Shown: positions 8,555-18,514, numbered from the stretch's first letter. The stretch: 64,000 bases of DNA from Bacteroidales bacterium (GCA_017535665.1 JAFXTS010000008.1:7165-71164), one strand, 5' to 3'. The notes: generated by a model not told the origin, from the letters alone. A program made the numbers and translations.

Positions 8555-9430
8555 ATGAACAAGCAACTCTTTCTATATCTGATGACTGTGATATGCCTGC
8601 TGTTGGCTGGCTGTCGAGAAAAGGGTAACGGAACAGACGAAAAAACCGTTTCGGCGGCCGACCGCACCAGTCTGCACGAGAACCACCTTCTTGGAAAAGT
8701 GAAGTCAGTGACTGACACTAAATATATGATTCTCCCATTTCCCGATGGCCACGACTCGCTGGTGTTCTTCTCTACCAAAAGCGACACTTACAACCAAAAC
8801 GGATGGCTCAGCGGAAGCGTGCTGACCAATGCCGATGGCGACACCCTCTATGTGATGAAAGTGACGTTTGACGCTAAAGGACATATCACCTTGAACGAGT
8901 TTTTTGATGGGGAGGGGAATAGAAAGGAACATACTGAATATCAGTATGATAATAAAGGATTTCGCGTAAAAGAAAGCCACTATCTCAACGACTCGCTCAC
9001 CTACGAGCACGTCTGCACCAACGATCCCAACGGCAACGTGGAACAGGTCACGGTCAACCAGGGCAATGACACCTACTACATGAATTACCTCAACGACAAC
9101 AACGGACTGCCGGTGCGCATCGACTGGATTTCTCCGAAAATGGGACAGGATGCTTATCAGCAGAACACCATCGAATACGACCAGAAGGGAAATATCATCA
9201 ACCGTACTGCCACCCTCAACGGTCGCAATGTGGAGTTCTACCATGCCCAGTACAACGACCAAGGACATCTTCTCAAAGAGGTTTATCAACGCTCGGAACC
9301 CACTCGTTTAGAGGAGATTGTGACCGAATATTCTAAGCACGACTCCCACGGCAATTGGACGCATCAGGAGAATAGCAAGAATCAACAACGTCATTTCGTT
9401 ATTGAAAGAAAAATTGAATACTATCATTAA
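8555..9430 (+). CDS. Lipoprotein with YD/RHS-like short repeats
   Basis: Lipobox LLLAGC. At least five x-[YF]-[DN]-x-x-G-x repeats (EYQYDNKGF, IEYDQKGNI, AQYNDQGHL, VTFDAKGHI, DTYNQNGWL). Confidence 0.55.
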   Translation: MNKQLFLYLMTVICLLLAGCREKGNGTDEKTVSAADRTSLHENHLLGKVKSVTDTKYMILPFPDGHDSLVFFSTKSDTYNQNGWLSGSVLTNADGDTLYVMKVTFDAKGHITLNEFFDGEGNRKEHTEYQYDNKGFRVKESHYLNDSLTYEHVCTNDPNGNVEQVTVNQGNDTYYMNYLNDNNGLPVRIDWISPKMGQDAYQQNTIEYDQKGNIINRTATLNGRNVEFYHAQYNDQGHLLKEVYQRSEPTRLEEIVTEYSKHDSHGNWTHQENSKNQQRHFVIERKIEYYH

Positions 9431-9448
9431 CCATTAATATTGAAGAAA

Positions 9449-9886
9449 ATGGATTTAAGCAAAATTTTATCAATCACAGGAAAAAGTGGACTTTTCAAAC
9501 TGATTAGCAGAGGCAACAATAACTTCATCGTTGAGTCATTGGCCGATGGCAAACGCTTCCCGGCCTTCTCGCACGACGGTGTCGCCAACCTCGAAAACAT
9601 CTCCATCTTCACTGAGGATGAGGACGTTTCCCTCGAATCAGTTTTCGTTTCTATGTATAAAAAAGAAAACGGACAGCACTGCAATGTGAGCCTTACCGAT
9701 GGCAATGCCATGAAGGCCTATTTCGCTGAGGTGCTGCCCAACTACGACCGCGAACGCGTGTATGTCTCCAACATCAAGAAGGTGATTGCTTGGTATAACC
9801 AATTGATTGATCACAATTTGATTGATTTGGAAGAGAAGAAAGAAGAGGGTGCGAACGAGGAGACTCCCAAAATCGACGCTGAATAA
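9449..9886 (+). CDS. Conserved Bacteroidota hypothetical protein (DUF5606-like)
   Basis: MDLSKILSITGKSGLFKLISRG... resembles a small family conserved in Bacteroidota. Assignment is from memory only. Confidence 0.5.
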   Translation: MDLSKILSITGKSGLFKLISRGNNNFIVESLADGKRFPAFSHDGVANLENISIFTEDEDVSLESVFVSMYKKENGQHCNVSLTDGNAMKAYFAEVLPNYDRERVYVSNIKKVIAWYNQLIDHNLIDLEEKKEEGANEETPKIDAE

Positions 9887-9895
9887 TTTTTCAGG

Positions 9896-11200
9896 ATGCG
9901 CCTCACCGATAACGCCATCCGATACACCATAAGCCACCTCCTCAGGGTGGCTTTTCCGCATTCTACCCCCGACATCCGCATCGAGGAAGGGAAGACTATT
10001 GCACAGGTGGAAGGTGTTGATATTCACTTTTTTATAATGGATGAAAAAACTGCCGACACCCTGACGGCAGGCAACCTTTCCCTCCAGTCGGTCACCTTGT
10101 CGTTTGGTGTGCAGGTACCGCTCTACCAGCAGCCCGACACCGACCAGCCGTATCGTTGCGACGGTAATGCGCTCGTGCTGTGTTGCGACCTCGTCACGCT
10201 GCCCTTCCTGCTGCTGTCGCGCTGGGAGGAATATCAGGAGGGGAATGCCCGCGACGTGCACGGCCGCTTCTGCTACGCCGGTAGTCTGAACGAGCGGTAC
10301 GGCTGCATCGACCTGCCCGTCGCCGACTTCTACGGTCTCCTGCTCCGCAGCTGGGTGGTGGCCGCTCACCCCGACCTCCACGTACAGCCGCGCACCCCCC
10401 GCTGCATCAGCACCCACGATGTGGATCTGATTCAGCGGTTCGGCGGATGGCTACAGAATGTGCGTACTCTGGGTGCAGATCTCATTAAGTACCATTCAAT
10501 CAAGCTGTTCCGTCAGTCTTTCCACCAGTGTCGTGCTGCCCGGAAAGATCGCACCACCGACCCGCTGCTGCAGGCCTGTTTGCGGCTGCGGCTCTACGAC
10601 AAGGAACGCCAGCACGATAGCCTCTTCTTCATCAAGGCGCAACAGAAGGGCGAACACGACTGCGGGTACGACATCCGCAGCGCGGAGGCGGCATTTCTTG
10701 TCGGCAAGCTCCGCGACATGGGAGCGGGCATCGGGCTGCACGGCGGGCTCCATGCCGCCTATGACCCATATCTGCTCGCCACCGAGAAGCAGCGGTTGGA
10801 GGAGGTGACAGGAAGTCCCATCACCGCCGGCCGCCAACACTACCTGCGGTTTCATCCGCTGCAGACCCAGCGGGCGTGGCTACATTGCGGCCTCACCGAC
10901 GACTACACGCTCGGATTCGCCGAGCGCGAGGGCTTCCGCTGTGGCACCTGCCACCCCTATCCGCTCTACGACCTTGTCAATGACCGTGTCACAACGGTTG
11001 TCGAGCATCCGCTCATCGCCATGGACATGACCTTCATCGGCTACCGGAAGATGCAGCCGGGGGCGGCCTTGGACAGCATCCAGCGGCTGCGGTGCACCTG
11101 CGAGCAGGCCGAGGGCGACTTCGTGCTGTTGTGGCACAACACCACCGTGGGGCGCGACAGCGAGCAGTGGTTCCAACAAGTTTTCTGCAATATCGAGTAA
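9896..11200 (+). CDS. Hypothetical protein, possibly polysaccharide-deacetylase fold
   Basis: 434-aa ORF with good coding texture. STHDVDL and GLHGG..AAYD resemble deacetylase-type metal-binding motifs. Weak assignment. Confidence 0.4.
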   Translation: MRLTDNAIRYTISHLLRVAFPHSTPDIRIEEGKTIAQVEGVDIHFFIMDEKTADTLTAGNLSLQSVTLSFGVQVPLYQQPDTDQPYRCDGNALVLCCDLVTLPFLLLSRWEEYQEGNARDVHGRFCYAGSLNERYGCIDLPVADFYGLLLRSWVVAAHPDLHVQPRTPRCISTHDVDLIQRFGGWLQNVRTLGADLIKYHSIKLFRQSFHQCRAARKDRTTDPLLQACLRLRLYDKERQHDSLFFIKAQQKGEHDCGYDIRSAEAAFLVGKLRDMGAGIGLHGGLHAAYDPYLLATEKQRLEEVTGSPITAGRQHYLRFHPLQTQRAWLHCGLTDDYTLGFAEREGFRCGTCHPYPLYDLVNDRVTTVVEHPLIAMDMTFIGYRKMQPGAALDSIQRLRCTCEQAEGDFVLLWHNTTVGRDSEQWFQQVFCNIE

Positions 11201-11201
11201 A

Positions 11202-12239
11202 ATGGAAGATATCCGACACATCACAGCCGAGCAGCTGACCGACTTTCTGCTCCAGCATGGCGAGAAAAAGTTCCGTGCCGCCCAAATCCAGGAGTGGCTT
11301 TGGAAGCGCGGGGCGCAGACTTTTGGTGAGATGACCAACCTCTCGGTGGCGTTGCGCCAACTGTTGGAGCAGCATTTCACCTTCCAGTGCACGGCTATCG
11401 AGCGACGGGTACAGAGCAGCGATGGCACCGCCAAGTACCTTTTCACGCTGCACGATGGTTGTCAGGTGGAGGGCGTGTTAATTCCTTCAGGACAGCGCGT
11501 TACGGCCTGTATCTCCTCGCAGGTGGGATGCGCGTTGAAGTGCGCTTTCTGCGCCACGGGCACGTTAGGCTTCACCCGCCATCTGCATTTCTCGGAAATC
11601 TTCGACCAGTACATGCTGATGAACCGCGAGGCTGAGCAGCTGTATGGCCATGCCATCAGCAACATCGTGTATATGGGTATGGGCGAGCCGCTGCTGAACT
11701 ACGAGAACGTGATGGAGTCGGTACGGCTCATCACCGCGCCGGCGGGACCGGGGCTGTCGCCCAGTCGCATCACCCTCTCCACGGTCGGCATCGCGGAGGG
11801 CATCCGGCGGTTAGCCGACGACGGCTTCAAGCCCGAGGTGGCCCTTTCGCTGCATTGCGCCGACGAGCTGAAACGCTCGCTACGGATGCCGGTCACTCGC
11901 AGCAACAACTTCGCCATGCTGCAGGATGCGCTGCGCTACCTGCACGAGAAGACCGGCAAGCGCATCACCATCGAGTACCTGATGTTGAAGGATTGGAACG
12001 ACAGCGTGGAGGATGCCCGTAAGCTGTTCCGTTTCTGCATGCCGTTTCCCGTTAAAATCAACCTCATCGAATACAATGCCACCGACAGCGGCTATGAGAA
12101 GAGCCCCGAGGAGAATGTGCAGCGTTTTGTCGCCTTCCTCGAATCGAAAAACATGGTGGTGAACATCCGCCACAGTCGCGGGCAGGACATTGATGCCGCC
12201 TGCGGACAGCTGGCGAAAAAGGGAGAGACAAGGTTATAG
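11202..12239 (+). CDS. rlmN: 23S rRNA/tRNA (adenine-C2)-methyltransferase RlmN (radical SAM)
   Basis: SSQVGCALKCAFCATG, MGMGEPLLN and DIDAACGQL. Confidence 0.92.
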   Translation: MEDIRHITAEQLTDFLLQHGEKKFRAAQIQEWLWKRGAQTFGEMTNLSVALRQLLEQHFTFQCTAIERRVQSSDGTAKYLFTLHDGCQVEGVLIPSGQRVTACISSQVGCALKCAFCATGTLGFTRHLHFSEIFDQYMLMNREAEQLYGHAISNIVYMGMGEPLLNYENVMESVRLITAPAGPGLSPSRITLSTVGIAEGIRRLADDGFKPEVALSLHCADELKRSLRMPVTRSNNFAMLQDALRYLHEKTGKRITIEYLMLKDWNDSVEDARKLFRFCMPFPVKINLIEYNATDSGYEKSPEENVQRFVAFLESKNMVVNIRHSRGQDIDAACGQLAKKGETRL

Positions 12240-12640
12240 GAACGCCAATTCTCGATGGTGGTCTGTACTGCCCGTGGACTCTTCAAGATGGTGGCCAGCA
12301 TATAGAGGCCTTTTTCGGTGAAAGCCCTTGGCAAAACAGAGGAATGTTTCTGTTTTTCGAACCGGTCAAAATTTTTGACCAGTTCATTTTTCTCTTGATC
12401 ATCAATCGCCCAAATGTAACCTTCAGGGAATTTCTCAGGGTTATTTCTCACCGCTTGATTGATTTCTTTGGTCTCTACACCGTACAATTCGGCGACATCA
12501 CAGTCGAGGATGACCTGCTGTTTGCGCAGGGTGATGATTCCGACGAAAACCACAAACGGGCAAAAATGTGCATTTTTTGATTGTGCCAGATTTTGGCATG
12601 ATAGAAATTGATTTCGGAGAAATGTGGTAGGATTTTTCAC
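12092..12640 (-). CDS. ORF6N/KilA-N-type DNA-binding domain protein, probably a 3'-truncated remnant (GTG start)
   Basis: VILDCDVAELYGVETKEINQAVRNNPEKFPEGY...LPRAFTEKGLYMLATILKSPRAVQTTIE is a clear ORF6N core. Similarity stops at about aa 133, exactly where the ORF runs antisense into the rlmN 3' end (148-nt overlap). Confidence 0.55.
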   Translation of the reverse strand: MKNPTTFLRNQFLSCQNLAQSKNAHFCPFVVFVGIITLRKQQVILDCDVAELYGVETKEINQAVRNNPEKFPEGYIWAIDDQEKNELVKNFDRFEKQKHSSVLPRAFTEKGLYMLATILKSPRAVQTTIENWRSYNLVSPFFASCPQAASMSCPRLWRMFTTMFFDSRKATKRCTFSSGLFS

Positions 12641-12771
12641 ATAACGATTTTTACCGCGAAAGGACTCGGATTACGCGAAAATAATATGTAGTGTGTATCC
12701 CGCACGTCTTCCCCTTTGCATGTCCCTCCCACAGACTGCGGCCTGATGGCCTTGTCAGGGGTCGTTGGAAT

Positions 12772-12790
12772 ATCGTGCCTTTGGCACGAT
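12772..12790. terminator. Perfect 8-bp hairpin ATCGTGCC-TTT-GGCACGAT downstream of dcp
   Basis: Read directly. There is no U-tract on the minus strand, so the function is uncertain. Confidence 0.3.
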
Positions 12791-12830
12791 TGCCTGATAG
12801 GTATCCCTTTTCTAATAAAATTGAGAAAAA

Positions 12831-14930
12831 TCACTTCAGCCCGCTGCGTTCCAGCAGGGCGTCAATCTTGGGCTCGCGGCCACGGAACCGCACGTAGAGA
12901 TCCATCGCCTTCTCGGAACCGCCCTTCGACAGGATGTTGCGGCGGTACGACTCAGCGACTTCCTTGTTGTACACTCCCTTCTCCTTGAACAGCGAAAAAG
13001 CGTCGGCATCCAACACCTCCGCCCACTTGTAGCCATAGTACCCTGCCGCATAACCACCTGAGAAGATGTGTGAGAAGCAGGTGCTGATGCAGGTGCCTTC
13101 CACCACGGGCAGCAGCTCGGTGCGCTTGATGGCCTTGCGTTCGGCCGCCAGCACGTCGCTCACCTTGGTGGGATCACAAGTGTGCCACATCATGTCAAGA
13201 AGTCCGAAGGTGAGCTGCCTGCAGCAGGCATAGCCCGACTGGAAATTCTCGAAATCGTGAATCTTCTGCACCAGCGTGTCGGGAATCAGTTCGTGCGTTT
13301 GGTAGTGGTAGGCGAATTTCGAGAGGAACTCCTTCTCGGTGGACCAGTTCTCCAACAGTTGTGAGGGCAGCTCCACAAAGTCGCGGGGCACACTCGTGCC
13401 GGAAAGCGCCGTGTAGTGCACCTCCGACAGCATGCCGTGCAACGAATGGCCGAACTCGTGCATGAAGGTGCGTACCTCGTTGAAAGTGAGCAGCGAAGGT
13501 GCATCAGCGGTGGAAGGAGTGAAGTTCATGACCAACGATACCAGCGGACGGATGTCGTTGCCGTCGGCATCCACCGACTGCTCGCGGAAGGCGGTCATCC
13601 AAGCCCCGCCACGCTTACTCTCGCGCGGGTGGAAATCCAAATACAGCACCGCCATAAACTTGCCTTCGCGATACACCTCATACACCTTCACATCCGGATG
13701 ATAGACCTGAATCTGGTCGTTCGGCACAAACTTCAAACCGAACAGGTCGGTGGCCAGTCCGAAAACGCCATCGATCACGCTCTCCAACTTGAAGTAGGGC
13801 TTCAGCATCTCGTCGTTCACATTGAACAGCGAAGTCTTGTATTTCTCTGAATAATAGGCGAAATCCCAGCGTTGCAGCTTGCCTTGGAACCCTTGGGCAT
13901 TGGCAAACTGCTGCAGCTTTTTCATCTCTTCCTTCCCTTTCGGATAGGCATGTTTGAGCAGCTTTTCCTCCAGCTCATACACCTTCTTGGGATTTTCAGC
14001 CATGCGGTCTTCGAGCACATAGTCGGCGTAAGTGCTGTAACCCAGCAGCTTAGCCAAAGAGTCGCGCAGCAGCACGATCTCTTTCACAACTTCCTGATTG
14101 TCGAACTCGCCCTTGTAGGCGCGGGTGTTGTACTGCATGTAGAACTCGTGTCGGAGGTCGCGGTTGTCGGCGTAGGTGAGGATGGCGAGACAGGAGGGCA
14201 TGGAGAGGTCAAACAGCCAGCCCTTTTCGCCCTTGGCGGCGGCCTTGTCGCGAGCGATGGCCAGTGCGGAGGCGGGGATGCCGCTCACCAGCTTCTCGTC
14301 GGTAATCACCTTGGTATAGGCGTTCACCGCCGACAGCACGTTCTGTCCGAACTGCAGCGACAGCGTTGACAGCCGCATGCTGTAGTCGCGGAACTTCTCC
14401 TTGTCGCTGTCGCTCAGGTTGGCGCCCTGCCGCACGAAGGCCTTGTAGGTCTTCTCCAGCAACATCTTCTGCTCGGGGGTAAGGTCGCCGGGGTTCTCAT
14501 ACACCGCCTTCACACGGTTGAACAGCGCCGGGTCGAGGTAGAGGTCGTTGTAAAAGGCCGTCAGGGCGGGACTGATCTCCTGTGCAATCTTCTGCATTCC
14601 TTCGGAAGTGTTGGCTTCCAACAGGTTAAAGAAAATTCCAGAAATGGAGTTCAGCAGTCGGCCCGAACGGTCGAGGGCCTCCACGGTGTTGGCAAAGGTG
14701 GGTTTCATCTTCACCGCTTTGATGCGGTACAGCTCGTCCTTGGCCACAGCGAAGGCGTATTGGAATGCGGGGAGGTAGTGTTCCTCCTTGATTTCCTCAA
14801 AAGGTGGGGTGTTGAACGGGGTGTTCCACGGCTCCACCAGCGGATTGTTTTTCGGTTTTTCCATAGGTTGTGCGCTCATCATCAAAGAGAATACAATCAA
14901 TGACAATGATAAAAGAAAAGATTTTTTCAT
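12831..14930 (-). CDS. dcp: M3 family peptidyl-dipeptidase (Dcp-like), secreted
   Basis: HEFGHSLHG zinc motif in a long M3 fold. Signal peptide MKKSFLLSLSLIVFSLMMSAQ. ATG at 14930 chosen; the longer ORF overlaps pepP. Confidence 0.88.
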   Translation of the reverse strand: MKKSFLLSLSLIVFSLMMSAQPMEKPKNNPLVEPWNTPFNTPPFEEIKEEHYLPAFQYAFAVAKDELYRIKAVKMKPTFANTVEALDRSGRLLNSISGIFFNLLEANTSEGMQKIAQEISPALTAFYNDLYLDPALFNRVKAVYENPGDLTPEQKMLLEKTYKAFVRQGANLSDSDKEKFRDYSMRLSTLSLQFGQNVLSAVNAYTKVITDEKLVSGIPASALAIARDKAAAKGEKGWLFDLSMPSCLAILTYADNRDLRHEFYMQYNTRAYKGEFDNQEVVKEIVLLRDSLAKLLGYSTYADYVLEDRMAENPKKVYELEEKLLKHAYPKGKEEMKKLQQFANAQGFQGKLQRWDFAYYSEKYKTSLFNVNDEMLKPYFKLESVIDGVFGLATDLFGLKFVPNDQIQVYHPDVKVYEVYREGKFMAVLYLDFHPRESKRGGAWMTAFREQSVDADGNDIRPLVSLVMNFTPSTADAPSLLTFNEVRTFMHEFGHSLHGMLSEVHYTALSGTSVPRDFVELPSQLLENWSTEKEFLSKFAYHYQTHELIPDTLVQKIHDFENFQSGYACCRQLTFGLLDMMWHTCDPTKVSDVLAAERKAIKRTELLPVVEGTCISTCFSHIFSGGYAAGYYGYKWAEVLDADAFSLFKEKGVYNKEVAESYRRNILSKGGSEKAMDLYVRFRGREPKIDALLERSGLK

Positions 14931-14941
14931 AAGATGTTGAT

Positions 14942-16339
14942 TCAGTGTTTCTTGCCGACAATGGCTTCCAGTTCGGCTACCGTTTTGGGCACGGCCTGAC
15001 CGAGCACGCGGTGGCTCTTGGCGGTCACCACCACGTCGTCTTCGATACGGATGCCGCCGAAGTCGAGGTAGCTTTCCAGCTTGTCGTAGTTGATGAAGTC
15101 GGCGAGGTGTTTTTGCTTGCGCCACAGCTCGATAAGCTTGGGAATGAAGTAGATACCGGGCTCCACGGTCATCACCATGCCGGGCTCGAGGGTGCGGGCC
15201 ATGCGGAGGTTGCGGGTACCGAAGATGTTGCTGCGCTTGAACTCTTCGTTGTAGCCCACATAGTCCTCGCCGAGGCCTTCCATATCGTGAACATCGAGGC
15301 CGAGCTGATGGCCGAGGCCGTGGGGGAAGAAGAGCGCGTGAGCGCCGAGGCGCACGCCCTCCTGCACATCGCCTTTCATCAGACCGAGGTCCTTGAGACC
15401 GCGCATCACGATTTCAGCGGCGGCAAAATGCACGTCGCGATAGGGCGTGCCGGGCTTCACCTTCTTGATGCCTTCCATGTTGGCTTTTAGCACAATCTCA
15501 TAGATATCTTTCTGTTTCTGAGTAAATTTGCCGCTTACGGGGAAAGTACGCGTCATGTCGGAGCAATAGTTCATCAGCCCTTCCACGCCGGAGTCCACCA
15601 GCAGGAGCTTGCCCTTCTGCAGTTCCACGTTGTGGTCGGTGTTGTGGAAGATTTCGCCGTGCTGGGTGAGGATGATGGGGAACGAAAAACCGTTGCCTTC
15701 GCCGTTGGCGATGCCGTCGGCGATACCCACCAGCTGGTGCTCGGTGGCGCCGGGTTTGCAGTTGCGCATCACGGTGGTATGCAGCTTCCATGCCATGTCG
15801 GCAGCCTTCTCCATCTCCGCAATCTCGCGAGCCTCCTTGATGGAGCGCATGGCGATGATGGCTTTATGCAGCTCGATGGAGGCGTAGCTGTTGATCACAT
15901 TCACGCTCTTCTGCAGCAGGTTGGCGAGGGTGATCTGGAGGTCGTGGCGATAGGCCTTGGTGAAGTGGATGGTGCGCGAGGCGTTTTGGCGGAGGTAGCC
16001 TTTCAGCTTCGACATCGGCATCGACTCGGTGATGCCCACCTGTGCGGCTAATGTGCTGATGGAAGGCTGGTCGCCCACCCAGATGATGTCGTCGATGGTG
16101 AAATCGTCGCCGAAGAGGATGGTGCGGTTCTCATCGATGTCGATGACTGCGGCCAGCGACGGAGCGGTGAGGCCGAAGTAGTAGATGAAGTTACTGTCCT
16201 GCCGGAAGTTATAAGTGTTGGCGGGATAGTTCATGGGGGCATCGTTGTTGCCGAGGAAGAGCAGCAGGCCGGAGCCCATTTTGCGGGCGAGCTCCTTACG
16301 GCGCGCCACATACACAGATTTTTCAAACAAAGGATTCAT
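14942..16339 (-). CDS. pepP: Xaa-Pro aminopeptidase (M24B)
   Basis: VDSGVE..YCSDMTRTF, HGLGHQLGLDVHD, EPGIY and IRIEDDV are metal ligand motifs. ATG at 16339. Confidence 0.88.
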   Translation of the reverse strand: MNPLFEKSVYVARRKELARKMGSGLLLFLGNNDAPMNYPANTYNFRQDSNFIYYFGLTAPSLAAVIDIDENRTILFGDDFTIDDIIWVGDQPSISTLAAQVGITESMPMSKLKGYLRQNASRTIHFTKAYRHDLQITLANLLQKSVNVINSYASIELHKAIIAMRSIKEAREIAEMEKAADMAWKLHTTVMRNCKPGATEHQLVGIADGIANGEGNGFSFPIILTQHGEIFHNTDHNVELQKGKLLLVDSGVEGLMNYCSDMTRTFPVSGKFTQKQKDIYEIVLKANMEGIKKVKPGTPYRDVHFAAAEIVMRGLKDLGLMKGDVQEGVRLGAHALFFPHGLGHQLGLDVHDMEGLGEDYVGYNEEFKRSNIFGTRNLRMARTLEPGMVMTVEPGIYFIPKLIELWRKQKHLADFINYDKLESYLDFGGIRIEDDVVVTAKSHRVLGQAVPKTVAELEAIVGKKH

Positions 16340-16514
16340 ATTGATATTTTTTACAATTAATAATTTTCTACTGCATAATTTGCGGACGGCAAAAGTACTC
16401 ATTTTTTAGGTTTCAACAAAAAATTTTACACACAAAGAAGAAGTTTTTTTCATCTTTTTTGTTGTGAGGGTTCACATTCCTGCTGTGAGGGGATAAATAT
16501 CCATTAAAAAAGTG

Positions 16515-16522
16515 TACTTTTG
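16515..16522 (+). promoter_or_regulatory. -7 box TACTTTTG upstream of the DUF4153-like gene
   Basis: Exact match 25 nt before the ATG at 16548. Confidence 0.4.
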
Positions 16523-16547
16523 CGGCATCAAACAATACCCCTTTCCC

Positions 16548-18380
16548 ATGAGCAATTTCAAAAACTGGTTCAAGAACCTGCTCGTCAACTTCACGCGAGT
16601 ATTCAAGCGTTATCCGGCCACCTGCTTCTTTGCAGCCCTACTGACTTTAGTGGTATTCGACTTCATCATCACCGACAACAACGGGGAGCCGTGGCCGTCT
16701 GAACGCACACTCATTTCCTGTGGATGGGGCTGCGGACTGGCAGTGCTGCTGAGTGCCGCCTTCGAGCTCTTCTGCAACATCCGTACGGTCAAGCTGTGGC
16801 AGCGTCTCACCGGCTTGGGCGTTATTGTGGTCATCGCAGCGGCGTGCGCGTGCGGATGTCTATTCGACCTTCTCACCATGGAGGTGCTGATTGCCATGGC
16901 CTTTGCAACCGTCTTGTGTCTGCTGCTGCCCATCAGCTACAGCCGCGACCCGTACAAGGTGTGGAACTATCATGCCAAATGGGTGTTGGCCTATTTCATC
17001 ACTGGCATCCTTTGTGAAATCGTTGCCCTGAGTATCGGAGGCATCATTTTTTCCATCGAACTGCTGTTCGATCTCCAACTGAACACACTGCTTGAGATGC
17101 TGTTCACCTTTGTAGGTTTTTTCCTTGTGCCCTGCTGCATGCTGGCCCTGATACCCACCGGCGAAGAGTCCTACAGTGCACAACCCAACCCACACAAGCT
17201 GGTACGTTTTTTGGCGCAATATATCCTGCTGCCGCTCATCTGCATAGAGGGTATCATCCTGTACATTTATGGTATCACCATCCTCGTACACTGGGAGTTA
17301 CCAGAAGGCGGCATCGTCGGTTTGGTGTTCTCGTATGCTATCATCGGCTCGTTCATCTGGTACCTGCTCATGCCCTATTTCCTCTCCGAAGAGAAACAGT
17401 GGGTGCGCTTTTTCCACCGAGGCTTCTTCATCTCGCTACTGCCCCTGCTGGTCCTGCTGTTCGTGGGCCTTTTCCGCCGCATCAGCGACTACGGGCTCAC
17501 CACCAACCGTTACATCGTTTTCGTCATCAGCGCGTGGTTCGTGGTCATCTCCATTATCTTCTCTATCAAAAAAATAAAAAATGTCACTCCTCTCCTGCTT
17601 TCGCTGCTGGTGGTGACGCTGCTCACGATGTTGGGTCCCTGGAGCATGAAAAACCTGCCCGACAGAATGCAGACGGCGCGGTTTGAAAAGTTGGCCACGG
17701 AGTATGGTCTGCTGAAAGACGGACACATTGTGGCGGCCGAAAAGCCCCTCAACGAAGAGCAGTGCTATGCCATGAGCCCCTGCATTGATTATTTCACAGA
17801 CTACAACTATCGCCATACAGATGAATTTATGCAGAAGTACTTTAACATGTCGGAAGATGAGTGCAAAGAATTAGCAGAAAAAGAACAAAAAAGCGTGAAG
17901 GATATACTGATGGAGCAAATGAATGGAAGGTATATTTGGTATCGCCGATATGATGCAGAAGTAGAACGTTATTTCTGTTTTCATAAAAGTGACACGCAAT
18001 CCCATCAGTTGCTCCCCACAAAGGACTATGACTATGTCTTTGCTTTCAGCAAATATAGTGATGAAAAGCGTAGTGAAACCTTCCATGGTGATAAGCTTCA
18101 AATTGACATTACCACTGAATTTAAGAAAGACAGCTGTATCACTTTCAAAATCAATGGGGATGAATTCCGTATCAATGTGTGCGACTCTCTACAGATTGCC
18201 CAAATGCTGCCCGAAAGTTCTGATTACACTTTGAAATTCCCCACCACTACCATCCACCACGAAGGTGAGCGGGTGTCGCTACTGTTAGATGTTTCCAGTT
18301 TGAGTATTCGTCAGAAAAACGATGGAGCCATCTTCATGGATGAGATCAGCTTCACCGGATTTGTGAGAAAGAAAGAGTAG
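16548..18380 (+). CDS. Large multi-pass membrane protein (DUF4153-like) with a soluble C-terminal domain
   Basis: About 10 predicted TM helices over the first ~370 aa, then a lower-GC soluble tail. Family assignment is from memory. Confidence 0.5.
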   Translation: MSNFKNWFKNLLVNFTRVFKRYPATCFFAALLTLVVFDFIITDNNGEPWPSERTLISCGWGCGLAVLLSAAFELFCNIRTVKLWQRLTGLGVIVVIAAACACGCLFDLLTMEVLIAMAFATVLCLLLPISYSRDPYKVWNYHAKWVLAYFITGILCEIVALSIGGIIFSIELLFDLQLNTLLEMLFTFVGFFLVPCCMLALIPTGEESYSAQPNPHKLVRFLAQYILLPLICIEGIILYIYGITILVHWELPEGGIVGLVFSYAIIGSFIWYLLMPYFLSEEKQWVRFFHRGFFISLLPLLVLLFVGLFRRISDYGLTTNRYIVFVISAWFVVISIIFSIKKIKNVTPLLLSLLVVTLLTMLGPWSMKNLPDRMQTARFEKLATEYGLLKDGHIVAAEKPLNEEQCYAMSPCIDYFTDYNYRHTDEFMQKYFNMSEDECKELAEKEQKSVKDILMEQMNGRYIWYRRYDAEVERYFCFHKSDTQSHQLLPTKDYDYVFAFSKYSDEKRSETFHGDKLQIDITTEFKKDSCITFKINGDEFRINVCDSLQIAQMLPESSDYTLKFPTTTIHHEGERVSLLLDVSSLSIRQKNDGAIFMDEISFTGFVRKKE

Positions 18381-18462
18381 TATTCGCAGGCGATTCATCA
18401 TATTTTCCGACTTTTTTCAAAAAAAATGCGACCAATTGCAAATCGCATACTATTATTATTTG

Positions 18463-18470
18463 TATATTTG
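18463..18470 (+). promoter_or_regulatory. -7 box TATATTTG upstream of the FN3/T9SS protein gene
   Basis: Exact match 44 nt before the ATG at 18515. Confidence 0.4.
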
Positions 18471-18514
18471 CCGATTCTTTTTTAGAAAATCATCATTATA
18501 AAAAAAATCTCAAT

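Noticed and set aside
12641-12830. Possible tRNA, att site or small RNA in the spacer between the ORF6N remnant and dcp
   Set aside because: There is no cloverleaf-compatible arm pattern and no direct repeat matching elsewhere in the window. Only two small hairpins are present.
14931-15125. N-terminal 65-aa extension of the Dcp ORF. Similar 5' extensions occur on the pepP, ctp, NUDIX, thioesterase, tgt, rpmH, coaE and kinase ORFs.
   Set aside because: The extensions overlap the upstream gene or are Arg/Pro-rich non-coding-like sequence. Internal ATGs give canonical N-termini or signal peptides.
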